Source: Neoechinorhynchus agilis (taxonomy: Eukaryota; Animalia; Acanthocephala). Taken from it: a stretch of 64,000 bases of DNA. Every line of letters begins with the position of its first letter. Within the stretch, counting starts at the first letter, position 1. The notes beneath the pieces are model-generated. The model worked only from the letters and a program-made list of their open reading frames with translations, was not told the origin of the DNA and searched no databases. The DNA is taken from contig CM121342.1 in NCBI GenBank assembly GCA_051530055.1, forward strand, positions 8,279,412 to 8,343,411. The letters are read 5' to 3'. Both the position numbers and the translations under genes were made by a program. Positions 1-12,837 of the stretch are shown piece by piece.

Positions 1-1059
1 AAAGTAAAATTGAAAAATCGCTTGTGGATTTTTCTAGACTTTCAAATATTTTTGCGCGTAAAGGCGATTAAAGTAAGAATTGTGGTGTGAATATACTCGC
101 CCGATTAACAGGTATTTTGCTAAGAAATATTTCGGAAAGCGATCAAATAAAGCACTTAGAAGAGGCTTCCTCTTTCAAGATATTTCCATATCTTTCACTC
201 GGGTGGCGATTATGGTTAAGACACTTAAAACTAAATTATCAAAATGAGATGAAATTTAATACCCTTCTCTTTTTTAAGATCATTGCTATAAAGGCGCCAA
301 TATCAACGTCGCCAATGATTTCACCAATAATTTGTTTTTCACTTTACTTGAACCCCGTACATCATAAATGGCCTCGAGCCGAATGCGTTTGATGAACTTA
401 TAATAAGGACTATCGCGACCTTCGATGACACCTTCTAACCATCTCCAACGAATATTCGAATTGAGGGCATCATAGTATTCCGATAGTACGAAGGTTTGGA
501 CAAGACGCACATAATGAATAATTCCATTAGTTGGAAAAGCCATTGGTGGCTTTCGCTCGTGGCACTAATTCTCTCCAAATCCTCATTGACTTGTCTAACC
601 ATCGAAGGAACTATCAAAGCTTTATAGATTTGCTTTTACAAACGCCTAAGTGAAAAGCCAAGCGAGAAACAAAAGTGCAACTCACCAAAATACGCCGAAT
701 AAATGTTTGATGATTGAGTCACGAAGCGAATTTGATTGGGAAAACGATGCTAAGAATAGACTCATGCGATGAGAAATCAAGGGACCCAAAATTACCGATT
801 AGATGTTGTTTCGATACAGTTGCCCATTATGAAAACGAACAACTTAGAGACAAAATCGAGAAGCCATTATACTTAACCAGTTTTTTCTTCGTCAGAACCC
901 CACTAATAAACGACTGTATCGTTATTGAACTTGAATTTCTCATTCGTTTCACCTAAACGTAAGTTATTCCAACCAACACTCAAATCACCCCGAATAAAAA
1001 ATAATAAACACGTTTTATAGATTAAGAAAAACGATCCATACATGTGCCAGCATCTATCT

Positions 1060-1441
<382 letters not shown>

Positions 1442-2069
1442 CTAAAGTACTTATTAAATATAATTCTTTTTGTGTTTGACAGCTGACACTGTCGTTTGCA
1501 TAAAAACAATCAAACTGTCAAATTAACCACAACGCAATGCAGAATGCCAAGGTCAGAATCTGATTACACATAATTTCTAAATTGTCTTATAAGGCATAAA
1601 GACGTTAACACAGCATGACATTCGTCCTGAAATACATTAATATTGGTAATCGTTAAATTCGCGCGGAAATTTTAAGTTAAGCTTGAAAACGACAAACGTT
1701 ATTACAATCGTGTTTCACAAATGCCTGCCAACAATTATCATTTAATTTTACATCTTAAACATTTATCATTACTTTATAAAAAACGATTAAATACTATAAG
1801 GTAACATAAGTAATGCATTGTTTATATCTATTAGCAGCAGGTGATGATCGATTCTTTTAAGAATAGCATTCGATAATTCACGCAACGAATATATCGGTAA
1901 AGATTTGCTTAAAGATAGAACTCGATCGTAGTTGGCTCACTTTCACTGAATACCACTATGTGAGCGAAAACGAAAACCTTTTTAAGAGTCTATTACATAC
2001 CTCCTTCCGGGTTTATTTTGAGTGCAATGAACGACGCTGACTTAGTCAAATGAGTTGAATACGCGTATG

Positions 2070-3580
2070 TTTACAGGAGAGTGACCGATTGGGAGTCTTT
2101 CCTTGTTCTCTGGTTATTAAGGAAAGATTGGTATTGGGGGAAGAAAGATTTTTGGTAGAGGGTGGTACGAGCCAGGGGGGGGATGAAAAAGGTTGGGGTT
2201 ACGAGTGTTTACTAGGGACGAGTATTTAGAGATGAGGGAGGACGTTTTTGGACAAAATGGAGTGGAGGTGGGCGTCGAGGGGAGGGAGTGAAGTCCTGCA
2301 TATTCTCGCTGCTCTGTTGTGGAAGGTTTCGAGGGAATGGAGAGCATTGGCGGGAAGGGCGAGGAAGGTGGGGAAATGGGGAGGATGGCAGAGAGATAAA
2401 AGTGGGCAAGGTGTTTAGGGGAAACGCCGAGACACCGGAGGAGTTTGAGGAGGTAAAGACGAGGGTTTGCTTTAGAGAGTGTAAATGAAATGTGGGCATC
2501 CCATTTAAGGTTTTGTTTGAAAGTCAGGCCCAGTATTCGGAGAGCAGGAGAGTGTTGGATGGGGAGAGGGAGAGGCGCGGGGATAATATTGCTTTTGGAA
2601 ATGTGGGGGACAAGCTCAAAAAATTTGGATAAATTTAGGGAGAGGTTTAGGGTGGAGGGAGCGAGGAAATGAGATGGTTGAGCTCGTCCATGGATGTGGA
2701 GAAGGAGAGGGAGGGAGATGCGATGGTAATGACTATGAGGTCATCTGCATAAAGAAAATATTTGGTACACGGAGCGAGGGGATGAAGGTCATTTAGAAAA
2801 ATGTCAAAGAGGAGAGGGGAAAGTATGGTGTCTTGGGGGACCCCTTTAAATATGGGCAGAGAAGAGGAACAAGAAGTTCCACATTGGATATATTGTTCGC
2901 GGTTGGAGAGGAAAGAGGAAATCCAAGCGAGTTGCCAGGTTGGGAGGGCAAAGGAAGCACATCATTGGCGGAGAAGGGAGGGATCTACCGACTCGAACGT
3001 AATGGAAATATCCAGTTGCACGAGACGGTCGGTTTATTCTGGATTGTAATCTAAGCTGCGCACAAGCGTATCGTAGATGCAGAGGAGGGATCAGAACAAG
3101 AGTAATTGGGACGGAAAGCGAATTGGGAAGGGGAGATGTTTTTGAAGAAGAAGGGAAGTGGGCGGGTTTTAAAAGATTTTTCAAAGATTTTAGAGAAAGG
3201 AGAGAGGATAGAGATGGGACAAAAGGATGTGGGGGAAATCGGCTTATCGTTTTTGGGTATGGGGACGACAGGGCTTCCTTAATACACGATGGGAAAGAGC
3301 CCAATAGAAAGCTAAGGTTCGTTATGTGCGTTAGAGGATCGATAAGTTCCGGGATGTTGAAGGAAGGGCGGTCAGCTATGTATGACGGAGTGTTCGGCAT
3401 AATCACATGCTAGATTCCTATAGATTCGTCCATTTCTCAAGCCTTATAAGTCTCCAGCCCAGGTAAGCGGCAACGAGCCTAGATGTTTCAAAAAGGCGTT
3501 AATGAACTGTGATTTCTGTTCTGGAGGGCGACCTCTGGAAAAAATACCAGGCTAGAGATTGCCTAAGTTTTCTAAATGGA
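2070..3580 (-). mobile_element. Degenerate non-LTR retrotransposon (Jockey/L2-type): APE remnant plus RT
   Basis: Minus-strand translation gives GVPQDTILSPLLFDIFLND and KYFLYADDL (YADD at 2740-2751), LIDPLTHITNLSFLLGSFPSCIKEA, and APE-like GRPPEQKSQFINAFLKHLGSLPLTWAGDL near 3440-3560. Many stops and frameshifts. Confidence 0.85.
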
Positions 3581-4339
3581 TTGGATTTGCTTAATACTCA
3601 ATCCAAAATTACAAGCCCGTCTAGCTTTAGATTTGGCAAATTTTCAAGCTTTCTTCGGTAATATCAGATCTAACAGATTAGCATTGAACGCATGTCCTAA
3701 AATTCACAGATTGGCCGACATGTCGAACGATCTCACCGTTGGGAAATGATATCCTCTTATTGACCTCTCTAACTACCGTCCATTGGATCTCCGCGTTCTC
3801 CGCGTTCTCCGCGTTTAGGATTTCTAAATGTCTAATTATAGCCCTTTCAATGTCTACGAGAACAGCTCGGGCATTGGCTATCATGTTAAGAAACTTAATG
3901 CCTCCGAATGAGTCTTTCAGACCTCGATATTCTTCTTTCACGATGATCGGACTTGATGTTACTGATTCTTGTCGGTCACGTAAAAGAAGCAGCTCCGGCG
4001 GCCAGACAGCTACGGATAGTACCCTGTCAACACGGAGTCGGTGTGCCGCTCCACTTGGTGATGCGGCAGCGAACGGGAACAACAAAATCCACCAGTGCAA
4101 CGGGAAAAAGCGAGGGTGTGGTAGCTCTCGCCGACGACTTGAGCGTCGAAATGAGAGAAACTGTCGCCGAAGGTAACGAAAGCGTCAGTCGAAGCTCATC
4201 ACCGTGGTGGGTACGGACTGTTCAGGTGGCGCTGACAGCCGTGAGCCCTTTGGCCCAGCTATTTCAGATAGAAGGTGACTACGAATCGGATCCTTTAATT
4301 GTAGGAGTCTGCGAGCGCAATGCCGTAGGGGAACCCTAG

Positions 4340-4590
4340 CCAAATTGGCAAGGGCGTCAGAATGGATCTTGTGTTTTTACAAAAATTGCGCATAAGAGGC
4401 CAGTCAGACACAGACGTAAATCAGGAGGATTTAGGAGGAGGCTGGTCATTATCTTACCTATCTGCGGACAGTTGAGGAAATGGAAACCTTGCCTCCGAAA
4501 CTCAGTACTATGCAGTACTATAACTGATCGAATCCTTCGTGTCTGCACAAAGCTTCGGTAGAGAAATCTCTATGTTTTTGGCGATTATTC
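4340..4590 (+). mobile_element. RTE-clade LINE, 5' part of the APE domain (continues at 8435 after the Gypsy insertion)
   Basis: Translates as MDLVFLQKLRIRG and ITDRILRV...RNLYVFGD; removing 4591-8439 joins this to YSPTFSSDEEAVQGFY. Confidence 0.75.
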
Positions 4591-4715
4591 TGACGTAATA
4601 ATTATATGCGACTAATTCGTCGCCATAATTCAGCCGTTTACTAATCCGCTCGCACGTACGCATTCACGCATACCGTTATTTTTCAAGTTGAATAAAACTG
4701 TTTGTGTCCACTACA
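4591..4715 (+). repeat. 5' LTR (125 bp)
   Basis: tgacgt...ctaca with AATAAA at 4691-4696. Differs from the 3' LTR by 7 substitutions and one 3-bp indel. Confidence 0.95.
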
Positions 4716-4719
4716 ATTA

Positions 4720-4734
4720 ATTCAACTTGAAAAA
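4720..4734 (+). promoter_or_regulatory. Primer-binding-site position, complementary to the element's own LTR (4679-4693)
   Basis: attcaacttgaaaaa is the exact reverse complement of tttttcaagttgaat. No TGG tRNA-type PBS follows the LTR. Confidence 0.75.
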
Positions 4735-4744
4735 ATCCCGTCTC

Positions 4745-5480
4745 ATGGAAAGAGTTCTTTGTCCGGAAAAAACTAACGATCGAACCGACTGCTCCTTCGT
4801 CTGAACGTGAATACAAATATTGGAAGAAAACGTTTGACAATTTCGTAGCTGCATGTGGAAATCAATGTCCAGGCAAACTTCAATGTCTGATACGTTTCGT
4901 CAGTCCAAACGTATATGAAATGATAGCGGGCTAACCCGATTTTGATAAGGCGATTGCGATCTTGGACAAAGCATACATTAAGGAGGCGAATTCAATTTTT
5001 TCCAGACATGTGTTGGCTACGTACCAGCAGCAACCATCTCAGTCAATCGACGAGTTCGTCCGAGAATTAAACTGCATAAGCCGAAACCGTCAGTTAACGG
5101 ACGTGACCGCTGAGCAATACCGACTGAAACTCATTCGCGATGCTTTTGTTAGTGGGATTTCATCCCCCATAATTCGTCAACGCCTTCTGGAACATCATGC
5201 TCTAAGTTTGACCCAGGCGATCGACATAGCGAAGTCTCTAGATACAGCTCAGCGAAACGCTGAAATTTATGACCGTCAAGCGCCGCCTATTGCAGCTTTT
5301 GTCGAAGCTCCTCCATCCAGTTCGCACCAGAAGCCTGAAACGGAGGATATGGAAATAGCTGCCGCCATAAAGTCAAAAAGTGCTGGTTTTGCGGTTTTGA
5401 TTTGCATCCAAGATCTCGTTGTCCTACCAGAAAGTCTAAGTGTTCGAAATGCGGAAAAATTGGCCATTGGGGTAAAGTAT
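4745..5480 (+). pseudogene. gag: gag, disrupted by frameshifts and an in-frame TAA at 4932-4934
   Basis: MERVLCPEK..EREYKYWKKTFDNF..ARHVL-like RHVLATYQQQPSQSIDEF. An alternative frame gives CWFCGFDLHPRSRCP and CSKCGKIGHWGKVC zinc knuckles. Confidence 0.85.
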
Positions 5481-5527
5481 GTTGATCCAAGCCATTAGAA
5501 AAGCAGTCGGAGGACACCTCCGCTACT

Positions 5528-8189
5528 ATGTTTCTATGTGCGAGCGACGAGCTTGCAGATCCAAACAATCGAATGTTCCTTATCGACGTGGTCATTGAGG
5601 GACTACCGTTATCTGCTATGATCGATACAGGTAGTTCGAGCAACTTTATTAGTGATAAGGTTGCCATGAATCTGGGACTAAAAACGATTGCATCGGAAGA
5701 TATAGTCAAGTTGCAACAAGTCAACAGATTCGAATCAAAGGCAAATGTCTCGTCGACATTCTTGTGGAAAATCGTACTTATCATGCTGTCAAATTGAGTG
5801 TGTTAGAGGACCTTTGTACGGACGTCATACTCGGTCTAGAATTTCAAAAACTCCACAGAAGCATTCGTTTTGTCTATAATGCTTCCAAATATGAATTGAC
5901 AATCAAGCCCCTATCAGACTGTTGCAACTTGATCAAAGCTGATATGTTGGAAACCCCATTGTTTAACTCGATCCTTCGGAATATTAAGCCTGTTGTGACC
6001 AAATCGCGAATGTTTAGCGTTGAAGACCGTTCGTTTATCGATGGTAAAGTAAAAAGGTTACTTTATGTAGGCGTGATAGAACCTAGTCGATATCCGTGGA
6101 GATCCCAGATTGTAGTCGTCAAAAACGACTCGAATTCAGGCAAGAAGCGATTAGTTATTTATTATTCGCAGACTATCAATAGATTTACTTCGTTAGACGC
6201 TTACCCATTGCCTAACCTTCACCAGCTTATTAATACCATCGCTCAATACCGCGTATTTTCGACCTTCGACTTAAAAAGTGCGTATCATCAAATCGGCATA
6301 CCTGCTTCCGAAAGACGGTACACCGCTTTCGAAGCGAATGGTAATCTTTACCAATTTACGCGTATACATTTTGGCGTTACAAACGGTGTCGCCGCATTTA
6401 AAAGGGCGATGGATAATATGATTAAGGAAGAGAATTTGGAGTGTACGATTTCATATCTAGATAATGTTACTGTAGCAGGTAAATCGCCGGAGGAACACGA
6501 CTCGAATGTAAAGTTCTTTATGGAAGCTGTCGAGAAACGGAAGTTGACTTTGAATCATTCCAAAACTATAGCGTCGGTCCAATCTATCAATTTAATGGGT
6601 TACAACATCTGCAATGGAAAGATTCGGCCCGATCCGGAAAGACTAAGCCCCTTATTTGAAATGCCTATTCCTTCTGATTCAAAAAAGTCTAGCTAGAGTG
6701 CTCGGAATGTTGGCCTATTACTCAAAGTGGATCCAGGACTTTTCGTCGAAAGCTCAAATACTCTATAAATGTAGTAAATTTCCGATGGAAACCGATGAGA
6801 TCAGAGTTCTCAAAGCATTGAAGGAAGAGTTGGGAAACGCATCCTTGGGTGTTATCGACGCGGATAGCCCATTCACCGTCGAATGCGACGCGTCTGATGT
6901 TGCCGTTTCGGCCACACTGAACCAAAACGGAAGACCTGTGGCCTTCATTTCCAGGACGCTCAACAAGTGCGAGATGCGATATCCTGCCGTCGAAAAGGAG
7001 ACGATGGCAATCGTCGAAGCTGTCAGAAAGTGGAGACCTCTACTGAATGGGAGACGTTTTCACCTTATTACTGACCAACGATCGGTAGCTTTTATGATGG
7101 GCGGTCCCTGACGAAACAAAATTGAGAACGACAAGATTCTAGGATGGAGGATTAAGCTCTCTGACCTCTGCAATGAAATTCGTTATCGCCCTAGCAAAGA
7201 TAATATCGCTGCGGATGCCTTATCGAGGGCGAATGCAACCGACCTGACTGACTTAGAAGAGATTAACAAGCAACTATGCCACCCTGGAGTCAGTAGGTTA
7301 CTTCATTTTGTCAGATCGAAGAACTTACCATTCTCTATATCCGAGGTCAGGTCGATATGCTCGAAATGCAGAACGTGCGCTTTTGTGAAACCGCAGGTTT
7401 ACAGACCCTCCGTGGACTCCCAACTGATACAGGCATTAAAGCCGATGGATAGGGTATCGATTGACTTTAAAGGCCCACTTCCGTCCCGTTCTTCCAACAA
7501 GTACTTATTTACGGCAGTCAGACGGTAATTCGATGCCTTACTTCAATCTTTTCACTGTGTGGCACTCCTGGATATGTCCATAGCGATCGAGGAGCGGCTT
7601 TCCTGAGCAGCGAAGTAAGTCAGTTCTTGAGGGCGAACGGAATAGCCAGCAGCCGCACTACTACGTATCATACTACAGGCAACGCTCAGGTAGAGCGATT
7701 CAATGGCACAATTTGGAGATCCGTGAGCTTAACTATCCATTCACGCGGTTTGCGCATATCGGATTGGGAGGAGGTATTACCTCAAGCCTTGCACGCCGCT
7801 AGGTCTCTAATCGTACGAACAACCAACTCTACCCCCCCCACGACCGATTTTTCAGCTTTGCGAGGCGATCGTCTTATGGCTCGTCACTTCCGCCCTGGTT
7901 CTTGTCTCCAGGTCGAGTATTAGTACGCAATTTCGTGCGAAATAAAACAGAACCGCTAGTGAGAGAAGTTGAATTGATAGAAGCGAATTCAACACATGCA
8001 AGAGTACGATATGAAGATGGTACGGAAAGTTCAGTTTCGACCAAGGACCTTGCCAAACTTCCAGCACCCGATAGCACTAACGGTAATCTCATCGAGTGCC
8101 CAGACGAAGACAGTCGAAGACCGGGTTCCGGTGATCCAAACGATTGCGAAACGAAGGTCCCACTAGAAGACAAAAAACTGTACCACTGA
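5528..8189 (+). pseudogene. pol: pol (protease, RT, RNase H, integrase), frameshifted
   Basis: Protease AMIDTGSSSNF; RT FDLKSAYHQI, FGVTNG, YLDN; RNase H CDASDVAV, YPAVEKE; integrase HPG..C..C, VSIDFKGPLP, ERFNGT. Confidence 0.92.
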
Positions 8190-8293
8190 TTGCCGTACTG
8201 TGATATTCCCGAGTCAACCTTCTACGAGTGCCCCGGAACTCCGCAGATCTACACGAATACGACGAAGACCAGAACGATATCGGTGAAAATTCT

Positions 8294-8306
8294 AAGAGGG
8301 CGAGAA
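8294..8306 (+). promoter_or_regulatory. Polypurine tract
   Basis: aagagggcgagaa directly abuts the TG of the 3' LTR. Confidence 0.8.
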
Positions 8307-8434
8307 TGACGTAAAAATTATACGGGACTAATTCTTCGTCGCCATAATTCAGCCGCTTACTAATCCGCACGCACGTACGCATTCACGCATACCGTTAATT
8401 TTCAAGTTGAATAAAACTGTTTGTGTCCACCACA
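8307..8434 (+). repeat. 3' LTR (128 bp)
   Basis: Direct repeat of 4591-4715, followed by the TSD TATTC. Confidence 0.95.
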
Positions 8435-10060
8435 TATTCACCGACCTTCTCGTCGGATGAAGAGGCGGTTCAAGGATTTTATGGAAATCCAGCCGAAGCA
8501 TTAGATGATGTACCGAACAGAGACACCCTCCTAATAGCCGGTGACTCCAATGCGATTTTACCGCATTCCGAAAGATCGCTATATGTGTTGAAAGGCGAGA
8601 ATCGGAACAGCCGGTTGAGGCGCTGGAGCGGCATGATCTCGTGTCTGCTAACACTTTATTCCGGAAGCGTCCATGGCGTTTGGCGACGTTTATGGGTCAA
8701 AAGAATCAGTCCAAACATGCCATGGGAAAAAATCCCAAAAGACGCTTAGCTCAGCTTGACCATATATTGTTGAGACGTAGGGGAAAATGTCGGGTCAAAA
8801 GCGCTGACACATTCACAGTTGATGGGCTGCCAACCGACCACAAGTTGGTGATGTGTCAGTTGAGCAAGAGTGACTCGTTGTTCCGTACGCCTCAACATCC
8901 TCGACATCCGTTCTATGGCGCCTTCGCTAATGAAAATAAGGGGAGAGTTTGATATCGAACTAGAGAATCAACTGGTCAAACGCATTTAACAATGATCCCC
9001 AAGAAATGCTGCTCGACAAAGGTGGAGGACTACAGAGGTATATCCTTGATGTCCAACACGTCAAAACTTTTCAGCGGCATTTTGAGACGCCGCATTCAGA
9101 CAATCCTCGAACCGTTTCTAAGAATTGAACAGGACGGCTTCAGGAAAGGTCGAGGCACCCCAGAACACATATTGGCTTTGAGGAGGATCCCCGAGGAGGC
9201 ACGAATTCATCAAACGGATGTGACGCTGGTATTTGTTGATTTCCGTCTAGCTTTCGATTCGGTAAATCGAACGATGATTGGCGGTATCTTAAAGGAGTAT
9301 GGAGTGCCGCCGATCATTTGTCACATCCGTTGTGACATTACTAATAGCACAAGGTCCGCCGTCAAGACAGCCAACGGTTTGACAATACTTTTCCACCACT
9401 TCAAGTGTTTTGCAGGGCGACACATTGGCTCCTTTCCTCTTCATCTTGGTGCTTGATTGGGTAATGAGATGGGCACTACCAAATGATGAAGATGGATTTC
9501 TTCTGTTGAGGAAAGGAGGTTGCAGGTATCCTGAGATACGCGCCTCCTACATAGCATATGCCGACGACATCGTATTGATGTCCTCCACAGTCGAAAGAGC
9601 TCAACGCATGCTAAATAGACTATGCGAGAGGGCGAGTATGATTGGTCTGACCATCAACTCGAAAAAGACGGAATTCTTGACGATTCCGCATGTCGCGCAT
9701 ACAGTCTCTGGCGAAGGGCCGAATGGCGTTGGGCAATTAAAACAGATAGAGCATTATGTCTATCCGGGAGCTGTCGTTCCTGAGGTGAGTGCGGATGTCA
9801 GCCGACGGAGAGCTATAGCTTGGAGAGCAATGAGGCAACTTAAACCACTGTTTGACAGTGAGTCTTTGCCAGATAAACTCCGTTCGCAGCTGTTCAGGAC
9901 TCTAATTGAGAGCATTCTCTACTACAATGCAGAGACCTGGACACTGTCACCAACGGCGACGAGGCAGTTGGACCAAAATCATTGATCTCTCTTACGTGCG
10001 GCGTTAAGAGAGCCGGGGCAATATAATTCGGTCGGAGGCATCTTGCCCACAGGTCGTGCA
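8435..10060 (+). mobile_element. RTE-clade LINE, rest of APE plus RT, degenerate
   Basis: YSPT..FY..LLIAGDSNA; DYRGISLMS; QDGFRKGR; FVDFRLAFDSVNR; QGDTLAPFLF; YADDIVL; LYYNAETWT. Confidence 0.9.
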
Positions 10061-10089
10061 ACAGTTCCTTTTCTGGAAGCCAACGACAT

Positions 10090-11640
10090 TGTATCGTAAA
10101 GGCAAAGGGAACTGTCGTACATAAGATGACCTGATGTTAAGAGACGCGAATTGCCCGCATAACAGGACTGCTGTCGTATATTTTAGATCCCTTGCGGAGT
10201 CTAATTCTATCTGACGGGCTTATAGCTACGATGCAACGTAGGAAAGTACCGCTGCGTACATAGTTCATAGGGAGATTGAAGGCGCACGCATGTGCAGAAT
10301 ATAGAATGATTTCTGCTGATGTCAAGTTCCCATTCACTAAAGTGCCATTGGACTCAGCAACCAGGATTGCCATTCCAATACTTCAACGCAATGTAGAAGG
10401 CTGGAACTTAGCTGAATCCGAATGGAAAAAAACCCCTTACACATGTGCACGAGGAATACGAATTTTAGCTTCGAAGGCTAGAGCTATGATCAGGTAGATG
10501 GGCTGTCCATGGGGAGTCCATTTGTCCCAATTCTAGCCGAATTGTTGATGCGCGATTGGGAGGCTAAGGACGTTTCAAGCTTACCGGGTGTGAAATTCTG
10601 GCAGAGATACGTTGATGATACTTTTATCTTAATCGCTGAAATCACAGAACCAAAAAAGTTTTCTCACATGCTGAATTCCAAGCACAGCAACATCCAATGG
10701 CCACCGTGGACTCGGAGAATCATAATGCGATCCTTTTTTGGACGTTTCGATAATGCGTAAAGGAGTAGAATTTGAGACCACTGTGTATACCGAAAGATTG
10801 GTATACCGACTGACATTGTACCTTTCATTACAATGGCATTAATTCAAAATAAAATAGCTAAGATTAAGTCGCTATTTGACCGGGTGTGATATTGAGCGTC
10901 ACAATCGACCGATCGATAGTGGCTGTTTCAAGTGTGCGCACGTTCGTTTTGTTATTTCGTTTCGTTGACTGAATAAAAATTAGTTCAGGTCTAGTTCAGG
11001 CGTATATTATAACACCGGGCCTATAACTATTGCTCAAACCAAGACTCACTCAGCGAGGAACTTGAATTTCTGTGGAGCATACTGAAAGGAAAGGGCTATC
11101 CAATCTACATGATAAGAAGAGCAAGTTGCAGGGCCCTCCATGCAAAGAAAACTATGTGCCAGAAGCCAAAACAAAAAGCTTTAATATAAGCACCATTCGT
11201 CGAGTTCTTCACTGCAATTACCAGCTTGATCAAAGGAGGCGCGTGAAAAGACGTGGAGTGTTGTATCTACATTAAGAGAAGTAAACTAATTAAGTTTCAT
11301 GGCGAAGAAACGTGAAGAACATCAAGGCAAAGGAGTGGTGTACAAAATTAGTTGCACCGAATGTGAAAAGTCATATGTGGGTCAAACCAACAATTTACAA
11401 AGAAGAATTAAAGAACACAAATATGCGCTCATGGGAGAGGTACCGATGCCAGTTCCGCAATACTCAACCATTTCGCACAACAAGGCCACTTAATGGACAT
11501 TGGCAACGCTACCATTTTGGCATGCAGTGAAACAAAATGGTACCGTGTGATTATGGAGGCAATATTCATCCGCCAAGTGAAAACAGTTGAAGGGAATAAA
11601 GCGGACTTAAGGCTCAATCTTAGGACAGTGAATATTGATC
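10090..11640 (+). mobile_element. Penelope-like element (RT plus GIY-YIG), degenerate, interrupted by a solo LTR
   Basis: ISADVKFPFTKVP; MGSPFVPILAEL; RYVDDTF; thumb SLFDRAYNYCS..KGYP after LTR removal; VVYKISCTECEKSYVGQT..RRIKEH. Confidence 0.9.
10885..11014 (+). mobile_element. Solo LTR (130 bp) of a second LTR family
   Basis: tgtgata...tataaca termini, internal AATAAA, and 5-bp TSD CCGGG at 10880-10884 and 11015-11019. Excision restores the Penelope frame. Confidence 0.9.
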
Positions 11641-12130
11641 CATTCCCCATGTAATTTTTGGACCTTGATAAAGGCACAAGACTGTGCCGAAATATCGGAT
11701 TTTAAATATAAAATACTTTTAATTTCTGCGCTAAAAAACAACTCAATGTTTACTTTATCGATTTTTAAACGCCATGTATTTTTCGAGTATCGATTTTTTA
11801 ATACAGTTAAAATTGCAAATGGATTACGGCAGGATGATAACGACAGTATTTCAATTCAATGCAGCTACAGAAAATCCCTAAAAAGCAGCGCTTGGGAAAA
11901 ACGAAGAAACGTTTAGGAAAATTTGATTTATAACTAAAATCCAAAACAATTTAAGGTTTGACACAGGGGAGTTTGATTTCAACTACTCGGCAGCACAACT
12001 CTCGCGATAAATTCTCTTACAACTGAGAGATGTTATTGTTTAGGTCGCTTGTCGACAACCGAGGGAGATCGCTAAAGACGAATATATTTCGATTGATTGA
12101 ATCTGTCATTGCCAATTCAATTGTTTCGCA

Positions 12131-12458
12131 AGTCAATTGATTTCACTAATTATGACCCCAATGCAGAACATTAATCGGAAAACGACGTTTCCAATGATTT
12201 CTGAGGGAGAAAGGGAAAATGAGCCAATTATCTATTTAGGTCTACAAACATTAAGCAAATCATATTAATTTAGGCATTAGCCTTGGCGATAGCCGACACT
12301 CGCCGCATCCACGCAAGACTACCAATAGAAAAACTTTGAGCAAGCAGACTACATGGCTACTTTTTATAAATTAATTATTTTCCATTGAGTCAATAGATTT
12401 CACTAATTATGACCCCAATGCAGAACATTAATCGGAAAACGACGTTTCCAATGATTTC
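12131..12458. repeat. 71-bp direct repeat pair (12131-12201 and 12388-12458)
   Basis: agtcaa(t/a)gatttc...ccaatgatttc, one mismatch. Confidence 0.9.
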
Positions 12459-12837
12459 AAAATATTACTCACGTGCACTGCAAAACGGATCAACCACCAG
12501 CCCCAAATTCGCTCGATCCACCGGAGAACAAAACAGAGCGATGGGAGAAACGTGCGAGCAACGATAGAAAACGGACGGCGATTTGGACGGTACCAAAAAA
12601 ACGACAGAATTCTAATCTGTTTAGGGCTTTGGCGCGACTTTAAATATTAGTCGTCATTTTTAATGGAAAATAATTAATTTGTAAAAAGTAGCCATGTAGT
12701 CTGCTTGCTCAAAGTTCTTCTATTGGTAGTCTTGCGTGGATGCGGCGAGTGTCGGCTATCGCTAAGGTTAATACCTAAATTAATACGATTTGCCCAATGT
12801 TTGTAGACCTAAATAGATAATTGGCTCATTTTCCCTT
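12211..12837. repeat. Long inverted repeat with 176-bp arms (12211-12386 and 12662-12837); MITE/fold-back-like
   Basis: aagggaaaatgagccaatt... versus ...aattggctcattttccctt, matching along the whole arm with scattered mismatches. No TSD found. Confidence 0.85.

Larger units (their letters stand above)
4591..8434 (+). mobile_element. Complete but degenerate Ty3/Gypsy LTR retrotransposon, Mag-like (3844 bp)
   Basis: Paired TG...CA LTRs, 5-bp TSD TATTC (4586-4590 and 8435-8439), polypurine tract, and gag-PR-RT-RH-IN order. Two tandem CCHC knuckles in gag are typical of the Mag group. Confidence 0.95.

Noticed and set aside
286-617. Minus-strand peptides (MVRQVNEDL..., LEGVIEGRDSPY) resembling a ubiquitin-conjugating E2 N-terminus
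   Set aside because: No HPN or catalytic Cys motif and no consistent splice model could be built; the resemblance is too short to support a call.
3678-4100. 140-aa ORF with a signal-peptide-like start
   Set aside because: It starts at TTG with no in-frame ATG nearby, lies between two LINE remnants, and has no recognisable domain.
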